Source: Felis catus
Taxonomy: Eukaryota
Assembly: GCF_018350175.1 (NCBI RefSeq)
Contig: NC_058380.1
Location: forward strand, 57,474,001 to 57,538,000
Length of the DNA: 64,000 bases
Direction: 5' to 3'
In this document: piece after piece, positions 54,601-64,000 of the stretch
Layout of the letters: every line of letters starts with the position of its first letter
Numbering within the stretch: position 1 is the stretch's first letter
The notes under the pieces: generated by a model
What the model was told of the DNA's origin: nothing
The model's input: only the letters and a program-made list of their open reading frames with translations
Database searches by the model: none
Made by a program: the position numbers and the translations under genes

Positions 54601-57600
54601 ACGGGAGAAGCAGAGGAGGCTTTAAGTCTGGGGCTGGGGCCGTAGGGGATGGTATGGAGAAAGGATGGGCTAGGGAAGTAGGGTCAGGTGGGTGGAGGTT
54701 CTTTAGGTCTTGACCCCATACTGACTCCTCCTCCCTCTCACTGATATATGCCCTCTTCTCCCTTCTCTAAGAGTCCCTGGCTGGCTTCCTCCTCTCCGTC
54801 AGTGCCACTTCCAGAGTGGCCAGGCTGCGAATCCCCTTCCCACAGACTGGGACCTGGTTCCTGACCCTCCGCTCTCTGTGCGGCGTGGGGCCTCGGTGAG
54901 CGGAGCGGGGCGGGGCAGGGCGGGGTTGGGACAGGGAAGTAGTGGCCTGGCCGGGGCCGCAGGTGACCGCGGCCCTCATGTGCGCAGGTACGTGCGGTGC
55001 CGGAACGCGACGGCTGAGGTGCGGCTGCGCACTTTCCTGTCCCCTTGCGTGGACGACTGCGGGCCCTATGGCCAGTGCAAGCTGCTGCGCACGCACAACT
55101 ACCTGTACGCGGCCTGCGAGTGCAAGGCCGGTGAGCGGGCTGGGCTGGCGAGGGAGCCGCGCCGGTGGGCTCCTGGGTGGGGGGTGTGGGGGGGTGGTCT
55201 GGACTGCGGGGCGGCAGCTGGAACTGAGAATGGGTTTGGAGAGAATTGGAGGGCCGAGCCAGGGTGAGACCACCCACTACCGGCTGTGACGTTGCGCCTG
55301 GCAAGAGGCTGCCAGCAGAAGTGTCTGCCCAACCCGAACCCAACCGTGGCTGCCTTGGGCCCTCTTCCACCTTCCACCTTGTGCTCTCCCCCCTCGCAGG
55401 GTGGAGGGGCTGGGGCTGCACTGACAGTGCAGATGCGCTCACTTATGGATTCCAGCTGCTGTCCACACTTCTGCTCTGCCTGAGCAACCTCATGTTTTTG
55501 CCACCCGTGGTCCTGGCCATTCGGAGCCGATATGTGCTGGAGGCTGCTGTCTACACCTTCACCATGTTCTTCTCCACGGTATGCGGTGCATCTGTGTCTT
55601 CACCAAGTCCTTATTTCATGGTGATGGGCGAGGGTCTGCATTTCCACCGTGTTTTCCACGGATGTGGGGATGTCTACACCTTCATCATATGAGGATGTCT
55701 CCTTTTCAACGATGTCTTCTACAGCAGTGTCATGGCATGCGAAGACTATAGTAATTTTTGTAAGGCACATTGGGATAAATTAACAAGGCCGTTTGTAACT
55801 TAAGATAAGCAACAGCCACTAGAAACAGTGTGTTCTCCAGCTGTGTCACACCCCAGGGGCCAAGGAGACCTTTACTTAAACACCCTGGCTGTTTTATGGT
55901 ATGGAACGGTGTCCACAGCTTCACCTTTCCACTCTGAACGGTGGCAAGGGATCTGCACTTTCTCCCATGTCTCTGTACGGAGTCTCCACTTCTCATGATG
56001 TGAGGGCTAGCTACACTGTGTTCATGTTCCTCATTGTCCTGGGGACTTCTGCATCTTCAACATGTTCTTATGGTATGAGAAGGTGTATCCCCATTTAGTC
56101 ACCATGGCCGCCTTGAACTCTCATGAGAGCTTTTGGAAGACAGAGAGGATGTCTCTACCTGGGTAGTTTATAGAGCATTCTGGCTCTTGGGATCCTAAGC
56201 AATCTTATGGACTCAGCTACGTCCTGAGCCATCATGGGAAGTGGTGGTGTGACATAAAATTCCAGCTCAAAGGAGCATATTTTGATGAAGATTAGTATAG
56301 TTTTAAATCCTTACCCTCCCATTACAGAGTGTCCACAATCCCCTCTCCGTGTCTTCCCACTCCTCCACAAACAGAAAAGTTCATATTAGAGCAAGCATCA
56401 CAGTGAAAGGAAAAGGTAGAGGAGTGAGCCTGCGACTGTGATGTAACCCCCATGTAGATTTTCCCCCTGAGATGCTGCCTCTAGGGATCTTTTCAACTCA
56501 TCTCTGGACTCTTGGCATCTGGTGACATATAGTGCCTGCTTATGAGCACTGCAGAAATCTTAGATAGATTCAGACTTTCCTCTTGTCTTGGCAACAAGAA
56601 TCACAAAAATCAATATGTGTTTCCGTTTTGTTCAGCATTAATAGATCACACATATGTCCAAATCACAAAAGTCCTACTTATCATTCAGGAGAAAGTAGGG
56701 GGTGAATTGAGGGGCATGCTGTAGGGTCCTCCAGGATGTTCATGCACAAATGAGGAAGAAGAGGCTATAACCATGCCCTGTAGAGAGACCTTGGCCTCTT
56801 CAGCTGGGTGAGAAGGGCACACTCCAATTTTGCTTGGCTGCCCCCCACCCCTTTTAGGCCTGCTCTGACAGTGCCTCATTCTATTTTTATAGTAGAGAGT
56901 GTTTCTCTTTACTGCCAGATGCCCTTTATACTGTTGCTACTGCATCCTCTAGCAACAACTGTCCCACCAGCCCACTCCTGGATGCATGCAGATCTAATGG
57001 AATTCATAGTTAGTAAGAGTACCTGAGTGTGTTAGGAGCCTGGAGCATGTGGGGAGACTGTGTCCATTCTCTGCACTTTGCATGAACATCTGGGCATTGG
57101 CTCTAGAATGTTTAGTATGCCAGATGACTCCTCATATTCTGGATACAGTGGCAAATTGTCCTTGACAGAAAAGGCCTTTTCCCCAGTTGGAACACCAGGG
57201 GAGCCTGCAGTGACTGACATCACATACAGAGCTTCCACTTTCTTAAATGGGATAATAAGCAGAATGCCTGGCTGGCTCAGTCAGTAAACCAGGTGACTCT
57301 TGATCTCAGGGTTGTGAGTTCAAGCCCCATGTCAGGTGTGGAGTCTACTTACAAAAGAGAAACACACAGGATAATAAGCAAAAGATCAAGGAAAAGATCC
57401 TGGCCTCTGAGGTGTTGCCTGAAGTCTTGCTCTAACCCCTTTTCTTTTACCACATGGGCCAAAATGTAGAGCTACTAGTCATCCAGTTTTCCTGGGCAAG
57501 TTCCCATCTCTCTTCCTTTCCCATTCTTTACTTAGTCTAGACTTACTTCGTTCCTCCACAGTCTGCATTTAAGGACCCATTGATCATATTGCAGGTAACA

Positions 57601-60600
57601 GTCCCAGGGCAGTAGATGACAGTCTTCCCTGTCTTCAAATCCAGGACAGTCTACACCTGGGAGTAGCGCATTGAGTCCTATCCAGGGCATGGGAGTAGAC
57701 AGTCGGTTTGTTCTTCAGGAGTTCAAAGTGTAAATATGTAAAATATTTAAAATGCAAAATACGTTACATAATATGTAAAATACATTAAAAGAAAAACAGG
57801 TCACAAATCCAGCACTTGATTTTGTATGTAGCAAGACCAGTTCAGATAACGGTAATAATAAAATAACATTTAGTGTGTCAGGCACTGCTAACCGAGTTCT
57901 CACAATAGCACTAGAGTAATAGATAAGTACTTTTTTAAAAAGTTTATTTATTTTGAGAGAGAGAGAGAGAGAGAGAGAGAGTGCACATGTGCACAAGCAG
58001 GGGAGAGACAGAGAGAGGGGGAGAGAGAATCCCAAGCAGGCTTCAGGCTATCAGTGTAGAGCCTGACTCAGGCTCGGTCCCACGAACTGTGAAATGATGA
58101 CCTGAGCTGAAATCAAGAGTCTGATGCTTAACTGACTGAACCACCCAGGAACCCAAATAGGTGCCCTTATCATCCATGTTTGCAGATGAGGGCAGTTTAC
58201 CTACTTTGTCTGAGGTGTAACATGAGTGGTAGAACCATAGATCCCTCACATGTAATCACTAAGCTATATTGTTCTCCAAGTACCAAGGCAGCGAGGCAAT
58301 TGATAAATTTCTAACCTGACTTCAGTTTTTCAGAAATCCTGAAGTATGTAGAGAACCTTATGACCTCAGGTTAATAGTTCTCAAATTCTTTTTTAAAAAA
58401 TAGTTCTCAAGGGGCACCTGGGTGGCTCAGTTGGTTAAGTGTCCGACTCTTGATTTTGGCACAAGACATGATCTCATGGTCATGAGATTGAGCTCTGCAT
58501 TGGGCTCCACACTGATGGAGCCTGCTTGGGATTCTCTCTTTCCCTCTCTCTCTGCCCCTCTCCCATTTCACACACATACACACAAACACACATTCTCTCT
58601 CTCTCTCAAAATAAATAAATAAACATAAAAAAAATTAAAATAGTTCTCAAATTCCTAAAAGGTAGGAACCAATGAAAAGGTTAGAAAATATAACCAAATA
58701 CAAGAAGTCATCAAGGGAAATCTATCAATAACTGCAGTTGTGCAACTAACGCATGCAGTCCAAAGCCGTGAGCCCTTCACAGTGCTAGTCGGATCCTTAC
58801 AATCCGCTCCCCAAAGACCCAGACAGAGCTGATGTCTGGGGCTTTCCTTGTTGACTGCTGACATCCTGGCTACAAGCCTGCCTTCTCATATCTCTTCTGT
58901 TTCTCATACCTCACAAGTCATTCTTAGTGGCCCTTGGCAAAATCCCATGATTTTTTCCAAGAGGAAATGGAAGCAGAAAATAAAAGAATAGCAGTAACTT
59001 CCATTATATCCTGAGTGCAAATATTCCAATCTTTGCACGGATTGAATATATCTGCATTTTCAGTTTTACATTCTATAGTGCCTGGATAACTCCATTCTGA
59101 AGCGTTAGATTAACTCTACAGTTAGGTTATAAAAATATAAAATTCCATAGAAAAAAAATTTACATTAATTTTCAAAAATTACCTCATAAGTAAAGAACTG
59201 TCCAAAGCTGAGGAAGTATCAAATTAAATTAGAATTATATTAACAAAAGCCAATTTGTAGTCTAAATTTTTTTTCTTAAATATTCCCTTATCTTCTTGTG
59301 TTATTTCTATCACTTCTTTTTATTGCTGCTAACATAAGGAATACCAATGTAGAAAATAGCCCATAATTTTCAGCGGATCAACGATATTACAAGTTTGTTT
59401 GTTTCTTTATTTCTGCATGGAGGAAAGTTTATTACAGTAGGGATGTGCTTTCATGAACATATATGGCATAAAGTATAAGATGACTAGAGCTTGCCGAGCA
59501 CATACTGGGCACCAAACATACAGGAGAGTATTCCAGACTTTTAGAGTAGAGTCTCCCAGGTGACACCATAACTAAGCCTTCAGGAGGCCATTCTGGTGTT
59601 TTGTTCAGCCGGTTGCTTCTAGGAGATGGGCAATATGTTTACACCAGTGAAGTCTGTGGTGGTGAGTGATTTGCTTTCCTTTGTTGACTACAAATTGTGT
59701 CTCCTGGTTAAAGACGGTAATAAATGGGGTACCACGGCAAGGGATAATGGATTCTGTTACACGAATAATAGAGCAGGTGGAAGCAAATATGTATATCCCA
59801 GAATATATAATGACAAGATGCTGTCTTCCCCAGGTTGAGGAGTTTCAATGAAGTAAGCTGACACAGGTTGTTGGCTGGTTTCCCTAGCAAATTGTGCCCC
59901 ATGAAGGAGTCAGTGATGGGCTTTACTGATGGTGTTTTTAGACATTCAGCAGTAACTGTAGCCAGATCAGGATTGGTGTTCTCCTCACGCTGCAATTTTA
60001 ATTTAACTCTACCCCCGTGGGTTTCCTACAACCTTAAACAATCTCTCTGACCTTTTAGTATGCTTGGAGAATAATCAGCCATAGAATACTAGTGAAATGA
60101 TTGCTCTCCAAACCTCTCTACTCCAGAGACAAGCTCTCCATTATCCCCTACTCTTTTTTTTCAGTGCAGAGAAATTCCTAGGAGAAACTCAGCCTTCAAT
60201 TAAGTATTCCTTTAGATGTGTCTTCACTATTAGGTGATTCAGCTTTACTTTTCTTTTGCTGATGTGTATCTTCTCTTATCTGAGATTGAAGGATTTATTA
60301 CAAGTCCCTCTTCCAGAAAGGGCATTCCAGAAATGCCCAGTTTGGGCATTTCCTCCTAAATACTTGAAAGACAGGCAGATGGAGCAAGTGCTCGGTGAGG
60401 GCTGAAGTGTAGAATTAATGTTTTAAAATGAAATCCAAATCAGAAAACAGTATTGGGTAATTTAGTAGCTGTAGTACTTATATCTGGTCTTAGAGGTAGA
60501 GAATAATCAATATCCAATAGCTAAAATAGCAAAAGACCAAAATATTGATTTGATTAGGAACCAAAATTAACTCTCAATTAATTAGGACATACAAGAGAAA

Positions 60601-63600
60601 GAAAAATTTGATAAAATAAATCTTTTAGGTGTGTTTAAGCACTAATATTAATGCAGATGCGGACTTTCATGAAAAGTCTCTCAGAGTTTCCCAGTAAGAA
60701 CTCACTTTCTCAGTTTAATAATATGTAAGAGGGAGCCATGTCCCCAAACTTAAAAGCCTGGGATACTCAAAACGTGATCATTCCAAAGCAGTCTCTTTCT
60801 GAAGGGACAGCATTTTTACCTCCAAAGTGAAGGGAAAGACAGAAGACAGATACATAAGCTTAGGACTTTAAAATTTGGAGGAATCAAACCCAAGGTTTCC
60901 CAATGCCAATTAATACACCTAAGTTTTCTTTTTAATTTTTTTTTTCTTTTTCTAAACTCCTAGCTCCTCCCTATTCTTACATTATTCACATTTCTTCCTT
61001 TGTCACAGGTGCAAATTTTACAATTTGAATAACTGGATGAAATCTTCAACAAGCTAAAAAGAAACTTAGCAATTTCTTTCTCATCCTTTGTTTCTAGAGA
61101 CTGAACTTTCGAGTCTGTTTTCCCACTCTATTGTTGGCAGCTCTGCACCTGGATGGGATTCTTCTAGTTTTCACAACAGACCTGCTTTTGTTTTCCATCT
61201 GCTTTTTTCTACAGGGGATACTGTTTGATTAAGGCTGGGGTGTCATGGTTTGTCATTTGAGGTCAGGATAGAATGTTTTTTCCTGAACTCTTCTTCCTGA
61301 CCTCACTTCCACCTTCTCATTCTCAACTCTAATGCAGTCAAGCAGGAGACCAGGTTCTCCCACTTCCATTCTTCCCAGAAGCGACAGAGACCCATTGATG
61401 CCAGAACGGAATGACTTGTGATATTACTCAGCTACCTCTTATCTCACCTGTGGACTGGATATCCCTGCCCTCCACCCACAGCCAAGGTTATGCCTGTGGA
61501 AGGCTGGGCTACCTCTCTCACTGAGGTCTGTAAGGCCACCTCTCTTGGGATTCAGAGAGTCCTTGTGATGTAGGGTTGCCTTTCAATAGAATGATGAAGA
61601 AGTTGATCTGGGCTGCAAGTTGTACCTAAAGGGTCCCTTCAGTCAGTGATGAAGCTGCTTCAAAGGCCACCTTTGGGTGGTACAACACAGCTTTCCTGCC
61701 CCAGCTTCAGTTCAGCCTGATGTATTTCATTCCAACCCTGGCAATGACACCAGCTTGTTTCTCTGATCAAGAGATGCCCTTGGTAGACATGGCTCCCTGA
61801 GGACCTGGGGTGACATGCAGGGGACAGAGATCAAGCATACTGTTTCACAGAATCTTAAGAAATTTTTTTGATCCCCTAAAATCTGCTAGTATGTCTCAAG
61901 GTCAGCTCCAATGAGTAGATTTTCATCGTTTATATAAGTCAAAAACCTTTTTTCTCCCATTATAGCATTTAAATTTTCTTCTTTCATCACCATAAGGATC
62001 TAGTCTTCCTGACCCGGAGCAGGAACAGTATCAGGTGATGGGGGAGTGAGCATGCCACCATGATGTTCGTTTTCAGTCTGGAGCTGTTTGTCCTCATAGG
62101 TCCTGTTTTGTCTTTGGGTGGGCTCATAGCACATGACACAGAGGGATATATGTTCCTGTCATTTTTGCACCAAAGATAGTCCTAAAACCATACATGTGAT
62201 TAGTGTTTGATACCAATAAATAATCAAATAATCAAATCACATAAATTCTACATGGAAGTTCAGAGAGAGGTGACAGTAGATGTTCCAAGGCAAAGAGAAC
62301 TCAGGTTATTCCTGGGTAGCCCTTTTTACAAATAAGGGAACACAGGATGCCAGAGGCATTGTCCAGAGAGGCAGAGGGGTTGGGACCACAGACCAAGGAC
62401 GGCTGACTGCAGACCTTGGTTCCTTAATGGGGGTGCCCAGTATAGTCTGATCCAGTTCCACCTGTGTCCTCTGCACCCCCTTTGAAGCTCCTGAATACTC
62501 TCCTCTTTACCATCTTTCCCACGGTGGAGGATAGGTGGACACTGTCCCTTCCCTACATTCTTTTCCGTGGTGTAAAGTGACATGCTCTTATCCATGGCCT
62601 AGGGACTGCCTTTTTCCTTACTGTTTCATCTCTCCACCCATGACATCGGGTGGGAGGGGATGAAGAGGGCCAGGTAATGTAAGCCTGAAGATGAATGCAT
62701 CTGAAGATGAGGCTGAGCTATCAGGGGAGACTGGGATATGCAGGGGTGGCTTAGGGTCTGGGTTGGCCACAAGATCAGAGTCCAGCCCCACAGCTTGGGC
62801 CAGGGGTGGGGATTATAGGTGGGACCCATGGTGAGCATGAGAAGTAGGGGAGGATTGGCCTCAGTGTGGCAGACCTGGATCCCCTGCCTGCCTGGTGCTC
62901 ACCACAGTACATTCCAGAAGCAGAAAGATTAGGAGGGTGAGGACGGGTCGGGGCTGCCAGATACATACAACTTGTGAAGCAGACCAGGCCTCCCTACCAC
63001 ATTCTTCTCAGAAGCAGGGAGTCAGTCAGGCATTTCCCAGTTCTGCTCAGTCTGTGATCTCTGACCTCTGCTTTTCTGACAGCAGTATACTACCCTCATG
63101 GTCTCTTTCTCCAGTTTCATGGACCTGGACTACTGCCCCAGGTTCTCTCAATGCCTGTCATTTCTTCCTCCAGTTTTACCATGCCTGTGACCNNNNNNNN
63201 NNNNNNNNNNNNNNNNNNNNNNNNNNNNNNNNNNNNNNNNNNNNNNNNNNNNNNNNNNNNNNNNNNNNNNNNNNNNNNNNNNNNNNNNNNNNNNNNNNNN
63301 NNNNNNNNNNNNNNNNNNNNNNNNNNNNNNNNNNNNNNNNNNNNNNNNNNNNNNNNCAAAGTCTACTTGAAATTCACTCCCAACCTCTCCCTGGGGGCAT
63401 TGCCAAGTGCCCCTCTCCCACCCGGCCCAGCCCCCGGAGTCCTCTTTCTCCAGGTGCTGTATTTGCTGGGGGCTATGCTGCTGTCTATGGCTCTACAGCT
63501 TGATCGGCATGGACTCTGGAACCTGCTCGGACCCAGTCTCTTCGCCCTGGGGATCTTGGCCACAGCCTGGGTAAGGTTGGGAGGGCTAGGGGAGGGGGGA

Positions 63601-64000
63601 GTCCCAGCAGCACCTGGGTGCAGGGCCCTGAGTGTCTGGGCCTCAATGTAAGATGGGCTTGGACCCGGTCATCATCATGGCGCTGCTCGTGGTGCCCACT
63701 CCAGTCTTGGCAGGTGCCTTCAGGTCGCGACCAGGGCTCCAGGGAAGCCTGAGAATGACCAGTTCTGGCTCGGGTTACAAGGCCTCGTATTCCTGAGTCC
63801 CACTTCTCTGCTTCCCCCAGACAGTACGCAGCGTCCGCCGCCGGCATTGCTACCCACCCACGTGGCGCCGCTGGCTTTTCTACCTGTGCCCGGGCAGCCT
63901 TATTGCAGGCAGTGCTGTCCTACTGTATGCTTTTGTGGAGACCCGAGACAACTACTTCTACATTCACAGCATTTGGCATATGCTCATCGCTGGCAGTGTG
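38231..64000 (+). CDS. TMEM8B: Transmembrane protein 8B (NGX6; PGAP6/myomaker-related CREST family), long isoform, 3' end outside the window
   Basis: Exons: 38231-38756, 43034-43223, [exon 3 inferred in N-run 43566-43817], 49853-49986, 50302-50570, 51177-51502 (internal ATG 51224, MNMPQSLGNQP), 54494-54587, 54772-54895, 54988-55130, 55400-55578, 63174 to about 63320 (partly masked), 63454-63570, 63821 to beyond 64000. EGF-like CVDDCGPYGQC..CECKAGWRGWGC. CREST motifs STFYH (SxxxH) and HSIWH (HxxxH). Confidence 0.97.
42639..42680 (+). repeat. (AC)21 microsatellite
   Basis: Read directly from the sequence. Confidence 0.97.
43195..43455 (+). repeat. Degenerate tandem repeat (about 65-71 bp) whose first unit spans the TMEM8B exon 2 / intron 2 junction
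   Basis: 43195-43251 vs 43266-43322 match at 46/57 positions without gaps. Further copies at about 43331 and 43371. Confidence 0.85.
51995..52150 (-). mobile_element. Old L1M 3' terminus, embedded in CR1/L3-like debris (about 51830-53140)
   Basis: TTTTTAAATTAATAGACTT..AGAGAAGTTTTAAG..GAAAAGTTGAGCAGAAAGTAGAGAGTTCC is typical of L1MA/MB 3' ends. The L3 call for the flanks is by eye only. Confidence 0.6.
55548..56110 (+). repeat. Degenerate tandem repeat (about 40 bp) derived from the TMEM8B exon 10 end and donor
   Basis: TGTCTACACCTTCA is identical at 55548 (exon) and 55671 (intron). Related units at about 55589, 55633, 55696, 55910, 55950 and 56047. Confidence 0.75.
57262..57368 (+). mobile_element. 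Short CAN-SINE
   Basis: GCCTGGCTGGCTCAGTCAGTA..GACTCTTGATCTCAGGGTTGTGAGTTCAAGCCCCA (A and B boxes). TSD GGATAATAAGCA at 57250-57261 and 57369-57380. Confidence 0.88.
57931..58154 (-). mobile_element. SINEC_Fc-type CAN-SINE
   Basis: T-tail, (GA)n, and GATGACCTGAGCTGAAATCAAGAGTC..ACTGAACCACCCAGG. Confidence 0.92.
58411..58636 (+). mobile_element. SINEC_Fc-type CAN-SINE, full length
   Basis: GGGGCACCTGGGTGGCTCAGTTGGTTAAG head, (CT)n, AATAAA tail. TSD AAAATAGTTCTCAA at 58397-58410 and 58637-58650. Confidence 0.95.
59521..59990 (-). mobile_element. ERV-L (class III) pol/integrase fossil
   Basis: The minus strand gives TNPDLATVTAEC.. and then NQPTT..TWGRQHLVIIYSG..VTESIIPCRGTP..NQETQF..HRLHWCKHIAHLLEATG*TKHQNGLLKA*LWCHLGDSTLKVW. 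This is colinear with ERV-L integrase as I recall it (DLATATAEC..HGIP..DQGTHF..HGIHWSYHVPHHPEAAGLIERWNGLLK.QL..QLGDNTL.GW). Confidence 0.85.

Noticed and set aside
54738-55442. 234-aa and 168-aa minus-strand ORFs
   Set aside because: Antisense shadows of GC-rich TMEM8B exons 8-10.

Overview
Mammalian genomic DNA from a feliform carnivore, probably a felid, judged from CAN-SINE/SINEC_Fc-type elements and carnivore L1 3' ends. The gene order matches the conserved block NPR2(+) > SPAG8(-) < HINT2(-) < FAM221B(-) < > TMEM8B(+), which lies at 9p13.3 in human. I traced exon-intron structures by hand from GT/AG boundaries and reading frame: NPR2 22 exons/1047 aa, SPAG8 7 exons/440 aa, HINT2 5 exons/163 aa, FAM221B 6 coding exons/about 465 aa, and TMEM8B 13 exons running off the right edge. 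Eight N-runs are present and six of them cover exons. There is no prokaryotic-type system and no CRISPR array. The most notable structures not explained by the genes are: (1) two TMEM8B introns that begin with degenerate tandem copies of the preceding exon end plus splice donor; (2) a helically phased array of 8 CCAAT boxes at the HINT2 promoter; (3) a Mutator/MULE-like DNA transposon relic with about 100-bp TIRs and a readable transposase C-terminus; (4) a single in-frame TGA interrupting a longer alternative last exon of FAM221B; (5) a TSD-flanked L1 with two nested SINEs that expanded a 148-bp FAM221B intron about 14-fold; (6) RFX X-boxes at both SPAG8 and FAM221B; (7) an ERV-L integrase fossil; (8) poly(A)-only retro-insertions.
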